Source of the DNA: Sphingomonas sp.
GTDB taxonomy: Bacteria > Pseudomonadota > Alphaproteobacteria > Sphingomonadales > Sphingomonadaceae
Assembly (NCBI RefSeq): GCF_048595155.1
Contig: NZ_JBMDXN010000005.1
Span: 21,015 to 85,014 of the forward strand
Direction of reading: 5' to 3'
Length of the DNA stretch: 64,000 nucleotides
The position numbers were made by a program, and so were the translations under genes. Below, piece after piece: positions 20,601-29,771 of this stretch; the first letter of the stretch is position 1, and each line of letters starts with the position of its first letter. The notes under the pieces were generated by a model. That model ran no database searches. It was not told the origin of the DNA and saw only the letters and a list, made by a program, of their open reading frames with translations.

Positions 20601-20829
20601 GACCACCTTCGCGGCCCTGTTCGCCGCGCTGCCGCTGATCCTGGGAAGCGGGATGGGTGCGGAGCTGCGGCGGCCGCTGGGTCTCGCCATTGCCGGCGGT
20701 CTGATCGTCAGCCAGGCGCTTACCCTATTCACGACCCCGGTAATCTTCCTCGGCTTCGAACGGCTGTCGGCACGCGTGCGCCGCAAGCGGGAAGAGGAGC
20801 CGCAACTGCCCTTGCAGCAGCCAACATGA
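17653..20829 (+). CDS. mdtB: RND multidrug efflux permease, MdtB-type
   Basis: 1058 aa; 12-TM AcrB/HAE1 architecture; GTGA overlap with mdtA; tandem with a second RND pump as in mdtABC. Confidence 0.9.
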   Translation: MSEVSESGTSLGAEDEVLGPEGVNPSRPFIMRPVATTLLMLAILLAGIVAYRFLPLSALPEVDYPTIQVSTLYPGASPDVINLTVTAPLERQFGQMAGLSRMSSISSAGASVITLQFNLDLTLDVAEQEVQAAINAANTLLPSDLPAPPIYAKVNPADAPVLSLGITSKTRPLAEVQNLVDQRIANKLSQISGVGLVSLSGGQRPAVRIQANVQALAAHNLSLDQLRSAIAAANVNGAKGSFDGPTRSWSIDANDQLATADEYKNLIISYRDNNPVRLSDVANVVDSSENTRLGAWMNRTPAIVLDVQRQPGANVIGTVNAIKATLPDLEAAMPADVHVTLLTDRTTGIRASVHDVQIELVFAVVLVTVAIFLFLGSWQATLIASLAVPLSIVGTFAAMHLLGFSLNNLTLMALTIAAGFVVDDAIVVTENIARHLEEGKSPLAAALQGSREIGFTIISLTVSLIAVLIPLLFMGDVVGRLFREFAITLAVTILISAVVALTLVPMLSARWLKPEAETRTFRVSEWTMHKFDKLQRGYRSALDWVLLRQGLTLIVFAGSLVLTAILFVAIPKGLFPEQDTGQLQAIVSTGQGVSFGRMSSLQNKLADAILQDPDVESLSSNVGVDGKNPALNQGRMLINLKEKGDRSGSQTALIRRLQNRARDIAGVTLYVRPVQDLTIDAEGGPTQYRFALQGADQQEINLWTSKLLEELKSVHQVRNVVSDMQNQGRAVTVKINRDVAARLGISTAAVDSALYNAFGQRIISTIFTQTTQYRVILESAPGMLTNPQALNQLYVQTSSGASVPLSTVATFVEGQAPLQITRVAQFPASTVGFDLAQDQSLGGAVSAIQAAEKRIGLPDGITTTFLGAANAFRASLSNEVWLILAAIVVVYIVLGVLYESFIHPITILSTLPSAGVGALLALLLTGNDLGVIGIIGIVLLIGIVKKNAIMMIDFAIDAQRTDGKDADTAIREAALLRFRPIMMTTFAALFAALPLILGSGMGAELRRPLGLAIAGGLIVSQALTLFTTPVIFLGFERLSARVRRKREEEPQLPLQQPT

Positions 20830-23800
20830 ACCTGTCGGCGCCCTTTATCCGCCGCCCGATCGGGACGTTGCTGCTGACGATCGGCCTGATGCTCGCGGGC
20901 ATCGCGTCCTTCTTCGTGATGCCGGTAGCACCGCTGCCGCAGGTCGATTTTCCGACCATCAGCGTGTCGGCCAGCTTGCCCGGAGCGAGCCCCACGACCA
21001 TGGCGACGAGCGTCGCGTCGCCGCTCGAGCGCCGCATGGCGACGATCGCCGGGGTAACGGAGCTAACCTCCCAGTCCGGCATCGCCTCCACCCGGATCAC
21101 GGCGCAGTTTGACTTGAGCCGCAATATCGATGGTGCTGCACGGGACGTGCAGGCGGCGATTAACGCCGCACGCGCCGATCTTCCGCCCACGCTTCGCAGC
21201 AACCCCAGCTATCGCAAGATCAATCCGGCCGATGCGCCGATCATGATCCTTGCCCTGACGAGCGACACGCGCAGTTCGGCCGACATCTACAATTCCGTGT
21301 CCAACGTGGTGCAGCAGCGCCTGCTGCAGGTGCAGGGCGTCGGCGATGTGGAACTGGGCGGCGCAGCCTTGCCGGCCGTGCGCATCGATCTCAATCCGCT
21401 CGCGCTCTCCCGCTACGGCATCCCGTTGGAGGATGTTCGTACCGCCTTGGCGTCGACCAACGCCAATCGGCCGCGTGGCGTGATCGAGAATGGCGCCACC
21501 GCCTGGCAGATATACGGCGATATCCCCGGCTTGAAGGCAGCGGATTATAGCGGCCTGATCGTGGCCTGGCGCAACGGCGTGGCCGTGCGCCTGTCCGATG
21601 TCGCGAGCGTCTATGATGGGCCCGAAGACGTGCGCACCATGGGTCTGTTCAACGGGCGCCGGGCCGTGACGATCATCCTCAGCCGTCAGCCTGGCGCCAA
21701 CATCATCGCAACGGTCGATGCGGTGAAAGCCCAGTTGCCCGGATTGCAGGCGGCTATCCCCAGCGACATCAAGCTTTCGGTGGCGTCGGACCGCACGACC
21801 ACCATCCGCGCGTCGCTCCACGAAGTCGAAGTGACACTTGTCATTGCCACCTTGTTGGTGGTGATCGTGGTGTCGATCTTCCTGCGATCGTTGCGCGCCA
21901 CCATCGTTCCCGCCGTGGCGGTCGTTGCCTCGCTGCTCGGCACGATCGGTGTCATGTATCTGCTGGGTTTCAGCCTCAACAATCTGTCGTTGATGGCGCT
22001 GACGGTGGCGACCGGCTTCGTGGTCGATGACGCGATTGTGGTGCTGGAAAATATCAGCCGTCATATCGAGGAAGGCATGAAGCCCTTCGATGCGGCCATG
22101 CGCGGCGCGCGTGAGGTCGGCTTTACCGTGCTCTCAATCTCGATCAGCCTCGTCGCGGTCTTCATCCCCTTGCTGTTCATGGCGGGCATTGTCGGCCGTC
22201 TGTTCCGCGAATTCGCCATCACGATGACGGTGGCCGTGATGATCAGCCTACTCATATCGCTGACGACGACGCCCATGATCGCCGCTCTGGTGTTGAAGGA
22301 GCGGGAAGCGCAGAAGGAAAATCGTTTTTCGCGCTTCGCCGAACGGCAATTTCAGCGGTTGCAGGCGCGCTACGAACGCAGCCTTGATTGGGCGCTCGCC
22401 AATCGTGGAGCGACCTTGTTGCTGCTCGCGGGCACGGTGGCGCTCAACATTTTCCTGCTCGTGACTATCCAGAAAGGCTTCTTCCCCGAACAGGATACGG
22501 GATCGCTGCAGGGCGGGTTGCGCGCCGACCAGAGCATTTCCTTTCAGGATATGCAGACCAAGCTCACGCAGATCGTGAAGATCATCAAGCGGGATCCCGC
22601 AATCGAGAATGTCGTGGCGTTTACCGGCGGGTCGCGGGCAGGGGGCGGCTTCCTCTTTGCGACCATGAAGCCCAAGAGCCAGCGGGATTCCGTGCGGGAT
22701 GTGATCACCCGCCTGCGCCCGAAATTGGCGCGTGTCACCGGCGTGGCGGCCTTCCTGAGCCCGGTGCAGGATATGCGCGTTGGCGGGCGGGGCGGTAACA
22801 GCAGCTATCAATATACGCTGAAGGCGGACGATCCGGAGGTGCTCGCCAAGGCTGGCCCCGCACTGGCCGATGCGCTCAAGAAATATCCTGAGCTGACCGA
22901 CGTTGATGTCGACGAGGCGGATGGCGGCGCCGAGGTCTATGTGAAGGTCAATCACGACGCCGCGACACGGATCGGCGTGACGCCGCAAGCTGTAGATAAT
23001 GCCCTGTATGACGCTTTTGGTCAGCGCCAGGTGGCCACCATCTATAGCGGCCTCAATCAATATCATGTGGTGATGGGCGTGGCGCCCGAATTCACTGGTT
23101 CGCCCGAGGCGCTGCGCAACGTCTATGTTCCGACGGCGTCGACCACGTCAGCAGCCACCACGACCGCAGCCAGCACCGCCACAACGTCGGCCGCGCCGAT
23201 CGGCGTACAGCCCGCCAACGCAACGTCGGGCACGGCGGCCACCCCTGCGGGTGCTGGGACAAATGCGACCGTGACCGGATCCACGCCAACCTCCACGACG
23301 GGCTCAAGCCGCGATGCCGCATCCGGTGCCGCCATCAACACGTCCGCCTCGACGATGACACCCCTGTCGACCATCGCGAGCTGGTCGACCCGGTCGACCG
23401 CCGCCCAGATTAACCATCAGGATGCGGCGCCGGCCGCGACGATCAGCTTCTCGACCGGCAATGGCTTCGCCCTCAGCGATGCTATCGCCCGCATCCGACA
23501 GGTCCAGACGAGCCTGAACTTCCCGACGCAGGTCCATGGCGAGGCATCGGGGACGGCACAGGTATTCCAGCAATCCACCCAGTCCAATCCGATCCTGATC
23601 CTTTCGGCATTGGTCGTGATCTACATCGTGCTCGGCATCCTGTATGAGAGCGTGATCCACCCGCTGACGGTGTTGTCCACGCTGCCCTCGGCCGGCGTCG
23701 GCGCGGTTATCGCGCTGATGGTAACAGGCTCGCAATATGATCTGATCGCGCTGATCGGGCTCATCCTCCTGATCGGCATCGTCAAGAAGAATGCCATCCT

Positions 23801-24134
23801 GATCATCGACTTCGCGCTGGATGCCGAACGCTCGCGCGGGTTGAGCCCGATGGCGGCCATCCGCGAGGCGAGCCTGTTGCGGTTCCGGCCGATCCTGATG
23901 ACGACCATGGCCGCCGCCTTCGGCGCGCTGCCGCTGGCGATCGGCTTTGGAGAAGGCGCGGAATTGCGGCGTCCGCTGGGCATCGCGATCATGGGCGGAC
24001 TGATCGCGAGCCAGTTCCTGACGCTGCTGACCACGCCGGTCGTCTATCTGGCACTCGACCGTTTCCGCCGCCGCTCCTCCCGCGAGAAGATGCTGGCGCG
24101 TCAGGCCGCAACCCAAGGAATCCAGCCCGTATGA
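20826..24134 (+). CDS. mdtC: RND multidrug efflux permease, MdtC-type, with a low-complexity insertion
   Basis: 1102 aa; colinear with the upstream MdtB paralog except for a 71-aa T/S/A-rich insert; ATGA overlaps on both sides. Confidence 0.9.
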   Translation: MNLSAPFIRRPIGTLLLTIGLMLAGIASFFVMPVAPLPQVDFPTISVSASLPGASPTTMATSVASPLERRMATIAGVTELTSQSGIASTRITAQFDLSRNIDGAARDVQAAINAARADLPPTLRSNPSYRKINPADAPIMILALTSDTRSSADIYNSVSNVVQQRLLQVQGVGDVELGGAALPAVRIDLNPLALSRYGIPLEDVRTALASTNANRPRGVIENGATAWQIYGDIPGLKAADYSGLIVAWRNGVAVRLSDVASVYDGPEDVRTMGLFNGRRAVTIILSRQPGANIIATVDAVKAQLPGLQAAIPSDIKLSVASDRTTTIRASLHEVEVTLVIATLLVVIVVSIFLRSLRATIVPAVAVVASLLGTIGVMYLLGFSLNNLSLMALTVATGFVVDDAIVVLENISRHIEEGMKPFDAAMRGAREVGFTVLSISISLVAVFIPLLFMAGIVGRLFREFAITMTVAVMISLLISLTTTPMIAALVLKEREAQKENRFSRFAERQFQRLQARYERSLDWALANRGATLLLLAGTVALNIFLLVTIQKGFFPEQDTGSLQGGLRADQSISFQDMQTKLTQIVKIIKRDPAIENVVAFTGGSRAGGGFLFATMKPKSQRDSVRDVITRLRPKLARVTGVAAFLSPVQDMRVGGRGGNSSYQYTLKADDPEVLAKAGPALADALKKYPELTDVDVDEADGGAEVYVKVNHDAATRIGVTPQAVDNALYDAFGQRQVATIYSGLNQYHVVMGVAPEFTGSPEALRNVYVPTASTTSAATTTAASTATTSAAPIGVQPANATSGTAATPAGAGTNATVTGSTPTSTTGSSRDAASGAAINTSASTMTPLSTIASWSTRSTAAQINHQDAAPAATISFSTGNGFALSDAIARIRQVQTSLNFPTQVHGEASGTAQVFQQSTQSNPILILSALVVIYIVLGILYESVIHPLTVLSTLPSAGVGAVIALMVTGSQYDLIALIGLILLIGIVKKNAILIIDFALDAERSRGLSPMAAIREASLLRFRPILMTTMAAAFGALPLAIGFGEGAELRRPLGIAIMGGLIASQFLTLLTTPVVYLALDRFRRRSSREKMLARQAATQGIQPV

Positions 24135-25591
24135 TAAAGCTTCGTGCCCTTGTCCTCATGCCGGCGATGCTGGCGGTGGTCGGGTGCAACCTGGCGCCGG
24201 CATATCGCCCGCCGACGGCGAGCATTCCGGCGGGCTTCAAGGAAGCGCCGGGCTGGCGCGCCGCCGCGCCCGCCGATGCCGTTGCCAAGGGGCAATGGTG
24301 GCTGCTGTTCGACGATCCGATCCTGAACCAGCTGGAAGCGCGCGTCGCGATCAACAACCAGAATGTCGCCGCCTCCGCCGCTGCTTATGCGCAGGCGCGC
24401 GCCGCCGTGCGGGAAGCGCGTGCGTCTTTTTTCCCTACGATCGATCTGTCAACCGGCGCCACCCGGGCGGGATCGTTCGGTGGTGGAACGACCACCATCA
24501 TCGGCGGCGGGACGACGATCAACTCTAGCAATGGCAGCCGGCGCTATTCGGTGTCGATCGGGGCAAGCTGGGAGCCGGATCTGTGGGGCCGGATCGGCAA
24601 TACGGTCAGCCAGCAGCGCGCTTTAGCAGAGGCTAGTCAGGGCGATTTGGCCAATGCCTCGCTCTCCGCACAGGGCGAATTGGCGCTCAATTACGTGCAA
24701 TTGCGCGGCCTCGAGCAGCAGAAGGTCATTCTCGACGGCACCGTAGCGGCCTATCAACGCGCGCTTACCATCACCACAAACCGCTATAATCAGGGCGTTG
24801 TCGCCCGAATTGACGTGCTGCAGGCGCAAAGCCAGCTCGATAGTGCGCGCGCAAATGCGGCGGATCTCGTGCGTCAACGTGCGGTTCTGGAGCATGCGAT
24901 CGCGGTTCTGGTGGGGGAAAATCCCTCCACTTTCGTGCTCGCAGACGCGCCGTGGCGGCCAAAAGTCCCCGACGTTCCGGGTGTCATTCCGTCGATAATG
25001 CTGGAACGCCGCCCCGATATTGCCGCCGCGGAACGACGGGTGGCAGCCGCTAACGCCGCGATCGGCATCGAACGATCCGCATTTTTCCCTACCCTCGGGC
25101 TGACCGGCGACGTGGGTTCGCAGACCGGCCGGCTCGGATCGCTCTTCAGCGCGGCCAGCAGTATCTGGTCGCTGGGCCTGAGCGGAGCGCTGACGTTGCT
25201 GGACTTCGGCGCGCGCTCATCGCGTGTGGCGCAGGCGCGTGCCGCCTATGATCAGGCGGTTGCCAATTACCGCCAGACTGTTCTGGTCGCCTTCCAACAG
25301 GTCGAGGATGAACTGGCGGGTGCACGGATCCTGTCCTACGTCGCGCAACAGCGAACCACGGCGGCTGCGGCGGCCAACCGGGTCGAGGCGCTGACCCAGA
25401 ACCAATATCTGGCGGGCGAGATCGCATATTCCGACGTGATCGTCGCGCAGACGACAGCGCTACAGGCAAGGCAAACGGAGGCGACCGCGATCGTCGATCG
25501 TCAGGCGGCCGCCATCAGCCTGATCCAGGCGATCGGCGGGAGTTGGCAGGGACCATTACCCGCCGATGCCCAGATGCCGCCCAGCCGCTAA
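24131..25591 (+). CDS. efflux outer-membrane factor lipoprotein (NodT family)
   Basis: 486 aa; lipobox LAVVGC; two OEP repeats; last gene of the efflux operon. Confidence 0.88.
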   Translation: MIKLRALVLMPAMLAVVGCNLAPAYRPPTASIPAGFKEAPGWRAAAPADAVAKGQWWLLFDDPILNQLEARVAINNQNVAASAAAYAQARAAVREARASFFPTIDLSTGATRAGSFGGGTTTIIGGGTTINSSNGSRRYSVSIGASWEPDLWGRIGNTVSQQRALAEASQGDLANASLSAQGELALNYVQLRGLEQQKVILDGTVAAYQRALTITTNRYNQGVVARIDVLQAQSQLDSARANAADLVRQRAVLEHAIAVLVGENPSTFVLADAPWRPKVPDVPGVIPSIMLERRPDIAAAERRVAAANAAIGIERSAFFPTLGLTGDVGSQTGRLGSLFSAASSIWSLGLSGALTLLDFGARSSRVAQARAAYDQAVANYRQTVLVAFQQVEDELAGARILSYVAQQRTTAAAAANRVEALTQNQYLAGEIAYSDVIVAQTTALQARQTEATAIVDRQAAAISLIQAIGGSWQGPLPADAQMPPSR

Positions 25592-26752
25592 CTGGCCGTT
25601 ACGGAGCGCGACCAGCGCGCGATCCAGGACGGGATCGCGACCGGCGCGCAGATCGGCGAGGCTGGCCTTGACGGCGATCTGCGGCTGCAGCCCGACGCCT
25701 TCCAGCCGGCGTCCGTCGGGCGTACGGATATCGAATTCCGCGACTGAAAGCTCGCCACCGTCCGGCAGAGGAAATTCCGCTGCGCCGGTGAGCGCGCCGG
25801 CCGTGCGCTCACCGACAGTCGTGCCGCGCCCGCTTTCGTCGACCAGGGCGGCGATGGCCTCCGCGCCACTCGCACTGTCGGGTCCGACGAGGACCGCCAA
25901 GGGACCGAGATAGGCGCGTGCGCCGGTGCCGCGGACCTTCTGCACGTTTTCACGCCGTTCAATGCGCCGCACCAACGGCCGGTCTTCGGCGAAGAAGAGC
26001 CCCGCCACCTTGGCAATGACGTCGGCATCGCCCCCATCATTGCCCCGCAGATCCAGGATGACCCCGCGCAATGGCGGACCATCGGCCATCTGTCGCGCGA
26101 GCCAGCGATCGGCGCCCGGGTCGAAGCCATCCAGGCCGACGAGCAGGATGTCGCCCGGAAGGCGGGTGGCGCGCCGCACGGGGCGGGCAGCTTCGGGCGC
26201 GGCCGTGAGCGCCAGCGCATGGTACGTGCCATGCTCATCGGCGAAGTCGAAGGTCGCGCGATCGCCCTCATGCGGCTGATAATCGATATCGACGGGCTTA
26301 CCGTTGACGCTCTTCACCTCCCATCCGATCTGCACGCCCGCCTGCGCTGCGGCCGAACCAGGATTGACCCGGGTGACTAGCCAGCGTCCGTCGTCATTGG
26401 GCAGCATCGACAGGCCGAAACCCTGCTCGGACCGGCCCGCATCGCGCGCTTTTCCGATCGCGATCTGGACCGGATCGATGGCGTAGACATGGCTGTCCCC
26501 CAAGGATGCCAGCATCTCCCCCAACACCGTATAGAAGGCCGGCCGGCCTTGCGCCGCAATGGCGAGCGGACGGAAGTGGTCGCGCGCATCTGCCCAGCTT
26601 TCGCCGGTCCGGCTGCGATCCCAGTAATGTTTGTTGACCAAGCTCCAAGCGCGATCGAACACGCGTGCCTGCAAGTCCGGTGTGTAGGCGGGGGGAGCGG
26701 CCTGAAGAGGAAGAGCGAGCAGGCCGACAAGAGCAACAAGCTGTTTTCTCAT
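25556..26752 (-). CDS. S41-family (C-terminal processing type) peptidase with PDZ domain
   Basis: Start at ATG 26752 (MRKQLVALVGLLALPLQA signal peptide); PDZ-like segment (AAQAGVQIGWEVKSVNGKPV), DLRGNDGG and SASGAE motifs. Confidence 0.85.
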   Translation of the reverse strand: MRKQLVALVGLLALPLQAAPPAYTPDLQARVFDRAWSLVNKHYWDRSRTGESWADARDHFRPLAIAAQGRPAFYTVLGEMLASLGDSHVYAIDPVQIAIGKARDAGRSEQGFGLSMLPNDDGRWLVTRVNPGSAAAQAGVQIGWEVKSVNGKPVDIDYQPHEGDRATFDFADEHGTYHALALTAAPEAARPVRRATRLPGDILLVGLDGFDPGADRWLARQMADGPPLRGVILDLRGNDGGDADVIAKVAGLFFAEDRPLVRRIERRENVQKVRGTGARAYLGPLAVLVGPDSASGAEAIAALVDESGRGTTVGERTAGALTGAAEFPLPDGGELSVAEFDIRTPDGRRLEGVGLQPQIAVKASLADLRAGRDPVLDRALVALRNGQLAAGRHLGIGG

Positions 26753-27705
26753 GACGGATCGAACGCGCAACGCAGCGTCAGGGTGCGCGGCAAAGCGGTA
26801 TATGTAAGTTCCGCACAGCGTGAGAGATGCTCAAGGCCCAGGGTGATCGCTGGCCAAGCCTGCTGCCGCTGCAGATGCCGCGTAATGACGACGTCGCGAG
26901 GGTCGACCGGATCGGTGGGCAATTGTTCCCCGCCTGCAAAATCGGACGTGCGCACCAGCAGCGAGTCGAACCGGAAGCCGGCAAGACGAACGGGCGTGTC
27001 GAACGCAATCTCCCGCGCGGGCCGGGATATGCCGAATGCGAGCGTAACGCGCCCGGCATCGCCATTCCAATGACCACCGCGATTCCGGGACAAGATCGCG
27101 CCGGCCGCGGCGGTACCGACCGTGTGCTGTTGCGTCAGCGCGAAGCGCAGCCGAAGCTTGGATGTCTCCGCCTCGGCCGACAAGCCCGTCATGGCGTTAT
27201 CGGCGATCGGATAGGAGCGTGAGCCAGTGGGCGGAAGCGCATCGGGGCGCCGCCACCGCACCGTGGCAAAGGGCAGGAGATTGGGGCCGATCGCGCCATC
27301 CGATCCCTGGCAGCAATCGCGCCCATGTTGGGAAACCTGAATGGGGAATTCCCGCGACCCAACTCGGAGCATGGCGTGGGCTGTCTTGCCGGGCAGGCGG
27401 ACGCGTCCCACATCCATTTCCATACCATCCTCCCACGCGACCGGCAGCCGAGCCGCAACAGCCGGGTTGAGCTCGACGCTATTCTGCTGATCGAGATCGA
27501 CGCGCAAGCGCACGCTGATATCCGCGATCTGGACCATGATGACCGGATTGGAGGCATCGAGCACCAATTCGCCCGAAGGCTGCGGAGGCCTGGCCGCTGC
27601 AGCGAGCATGAAGACGGCGGGCGTCAGGAGAAAGGCGCGCTTGAACGCCGCGATGCCGACTAACGGATTTATCCGGCGCGCCGGGCAAACGAGTGCTGCT
27701 ATCAT
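26749..27705 (-). CDS. hypothetical secreted protein, translationally coupled to the S41 peptidase
   Basis: Only coherent ORF across 26.8-27.7 kb; signal-like KRAFLLTPAVFMLAAAA; stop overlaps the peptidase start (ATGA); start at 27705 or 27714. Confidence 0.55.
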   Translation of the reverse strand: MIAALVCPARRINPLVGIAAFKRAFLLTPAVFMLAAAARPPQPSGELVLDASNPVIMVQIADISVRLRVDLDQQNSVELNPAVAARLPVAWEDGMEMDVGRVRLPGKTAHAMLRVGSREFPIQVSQHGRDCCQGSDGAIGPNLLPFATVRWRRPDALPPTGSRSYPIADNAMTGLSAEAETSKLRLRFALTQQHTVGTAAAGAILSRNRGGHWNGDAGRVTLAFGISRPAREIAFDTPVRLAGFRFDSLLVRTSDFAGGEQLPTDPVDPRDVVITRHLQRQQAWPAITLGLEHLSRCAELTYTALPRTLTLRCAFDPS

Positions 27706-27712
27706 GCCGGCC

Positions 27713-28720
27713 ATGGCGATTCCCGACGCGTTCATCACAGGTCTGCCCAAGGCGGAACTCCACCTCCACATCGAGGGTAGCCTTGAGCCTGAACAGATGT
27801 TCGACTTCGCACGGCGCAATCGCATCCAGATCCCTTTTCAGTCCGTGGAAGAACTTCGCGCGGCCTATAATTTTTCGCAACTCCAGGATTTCCTGGACAT
27901 CTATTATCGCGGCGCCGACGTGCTGCGCACCGAAGCCGACTTCCATGATCTGGCCCTTGCCTATTTTGCGAGAGCCCATGCCGATGGCGTGGTTCACGCG
28001 GAAATCTTCTTCGATCCCCAGACACACACCGATCGCGGGCTGCCGTTCCAGGTCGTGGCGGATGGCCTACTGGCGGGGATGAAGGCTGCGGAGGCGCGTT
28101 ATGGCATCACCTCCAGACTGATCCTGTGTTTCCTGCGCCATCTGGACGAAGCCGCCGCCTTTGCCACGCTGCAAGCCGCAGAACCGTGGCTGGATCGGAT
28201 CGCGGCCGTTGGGCTGGATTCCTCCGAGGTCGGACATCCGCCGTCGAAATTCGCGCGCGTGTTTGCGGCGGCAGGTTCCGCGGGTCTCAAGCGGGTCGCG
28301 CATGCCGGCGAGGAGGGTCCACCTGACTATGTCGCCGAAGCGCTCGACCTGCTGAAGATAGACCGGCTCGACCATGGCAATCGTGCCTTGGAAGCGCCTG
28401 AACTGGTCACGCGCCTGGCGCGCAGCGGCATGGCCCTGACCGTCTGCCCGCTGTCCAACCTGAAGCTGTGCGTGGTGGGCGATGTGGCCGATCATCCTAT
28501 CCCAACGATGCTGAAGCGGGGTCTGCGCGCGACCATCAACTCGGACGATCCGGCCTATTTCGGCGGCTATGTCGCTGACAATTACCGGGCGGTGGCACCT
28601 TATCTGGAGCGCGAAGATCTGATTACGCTGGCACGCAACAGCTTCCTTGGTTCGTTTTTGCCGGATGATGCCGTGACCCGTCATCTTGCCGCCATCGACA
28701 CGTTCGCCGGTCGATCCTGA
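27713..28720 (+). CDS. add: adenosine deaminase
   Basis: LPKAELHLHIEGSL, HAGE, NSDDPAYFGG motifs; start at ATG 27713 or 27704 (the track's 27536 start runs antisense into the neighbouring gene). Confidence 0.9.
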   Translation: MAIPDAFITGLPKAELHLHIEGSLEPEQMFDFARRNRIQIPFQSVEELRAAYNFSQLQDFLDIYYRGADVLRTEADFHDLALAYFARAHADGVVHAEIFFDPQTHTDRGLPFQVVADGLLAGMKAAEARYGITSRLILCFLRHLDEAAAFATLQAAEPWLDRIAAVGLDSSEVGHPPSKFARVFAAAGSAGLKRVAHAGEEGPPDYVAEALDLLKIDRLDHGNRALEAPELVTRLARSGMALTVCPLSNLKLCVVGDVADHPIPTMLKRGLRATINSDDPAYFGGYVADNYRAVAPYLEREDLITLARNSFLGSFLPDDAVTRHLAAIDTFAGRS

Positions 28721-29241
28721 TGGCGCAGCCTGATCTCTGCTACATCCCCTACGATGCGTTCGTCGCGGACGTTCAGGAGGTAGCGTCGGCGATCGAGCAG
28801 CAGGGCTGGGCGCCGGATCATATTGTCGGCATCGGTCGTGGCGGGCTGGTCCCGGCGGCTTATCTGTCGCACCGGACCGGTATTTCACTGTTGTCGGTTG
28901 ACTATAGTTCGGGCGTGCCCAGCTTCGCCGACGAGTTGATGGCGAAGCTGGCGACCGCCACCGCCGAAGGGCGCAAGATCCTGATCGTCGACGATATCAA
29001 TGACAGTGGCGGCACGATCGAAGCCTTGCGCAAATCGCTGCTCGATCATGGTGCGATGGCGCAGAATGTGCGCGTCGCCGTGTTGGTCGATAATCTGCGT
29101 TCGGCCGCAAAGGTAGATTATCGATCCCGCACGATCGACCGATCGCATGACAAGCGCTGGTTCGTCTTTCCTTGGGAAGCGATGGCCGAACCGCGCACCT
29201 TGGCGGAAGAAGCGGCTGCGGTTCCGGAGCGGCTTGCCTAG
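28720..29241 (+). CDS. purine phosphoribosyltransferase (Gpt-like)
   Basis: 173 aa; PRPP-binding motif ILIVDDINDSGGT; TGATG overlap with add. Confidence 0.8.
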   Translation: MAQPDLCYIPYDAFVADVQEVASAIEQQGWAPDHIVGIGRGGLVPAAYLSHRTGISLLSVDYSSGVPSFADELMAKLATATAEGRKILIVDDINDSGGTIEALRKSLLDHGAMAQNVRVAVLVDNLRSAAKVDYRSRTIDRSHDKRWFVFPWEAMAEPRTLAEEAAAVPERLA

Positions 29242-29312
29242 CAACAGGATCGAACCATCATCCGGCGCGTTATCTTTTATGTTCATACACTTGAACGACA
29301 TAGGAGAGTGTG

Positions 29313-29612
29313 ATGCGCAAGATCCTCCTCATCGCGGCCGCGGCATGTGCGCTGCCGGCCTTCGCGCAGACGCCGGGAACCGCACCCGGAACGATGAGCA
29401 CTGGCGCCGCAACGACCGGCGCGCCAGCCGCGGCTAATCCGGCGCTGCCGGGCGCCTCGACGCCCGCAACGGGAACAACCACGAGCACAAGTCCCAGTGG
29501 CACCGATATGTCGGTCGGCGCTACCGGCACGACGACCACAACCCGCAGCCCAACGAGCACTCCGGACATGGGGCCGACGACCGGGCAGACGACAACCGCC
29601 CCCGGGCGATAG
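29313..29612 (+). CDS. small secreted Thr/Gly/Ala/Pro-rich low-complexity protein
   Basis: GGAGA 5 nt before ATG 29313; signal peptide MRKILLIAAAACALPAFAQ followed by about 80 aa of T/G/A/P/S repeats; antisense ORFs here look like compositional shadows. Confidence 0.5.
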   Translation: MRKILLIAAAACALPAFAQTPGTAPGTMSTGAATTGAPAAANPALPGASTPATGTTTSTSPSGTDMSVGATGTTTTTRSPTSTPDMGPTTGQTTTAPGR

Positions 29613-29735
29613 AGGCCATGGCGGACGCCACCGCGCGCAGAGCAATGGCAGCACGACCACCGGAACAACCCCGGACAGCGCCACCAATCCGACGCCGCAT
29701 TAAAGATGGGCGCCGCTTGGGCTTTGCCGGGTGGC

Positions 29736-29750
29736 GTTCACTTCCTGTTC
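29736..29750 (+). promoter_or_regulatory. alphaproteobacterial-type LexA (SOS) box upstream of dinB
   Basis: GTTCacttcctGTTC ending 21 nt before the dinB ATG; dinB is a classical SOS gene. Confidence 0.7.
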
Positions 29751-29771
29751 CGATCGCGCTAAACTGCTCCC

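Noticed and set aside
23092-23374. Minus-strand ORFs (76 and 83 aa) within the MdtC low-complexity insert
   Set aside because: They are mirror-image low-complexity translations of the Thr/Ala/Ser codon run, and MdtC reads through in frame with conserved sequence on both sides.
29270-29687. Two minus-strand ORFs (132 and 134 aa) opposite the T/G/A/P-rich secreted protein
   Set aside because: They have no signal peptide, SD or motifs, and both are overlapping frames of the same low-complexity DNA. The plus-strand ORF has an SD plus a signal peptide. The call remains only moderately confident.
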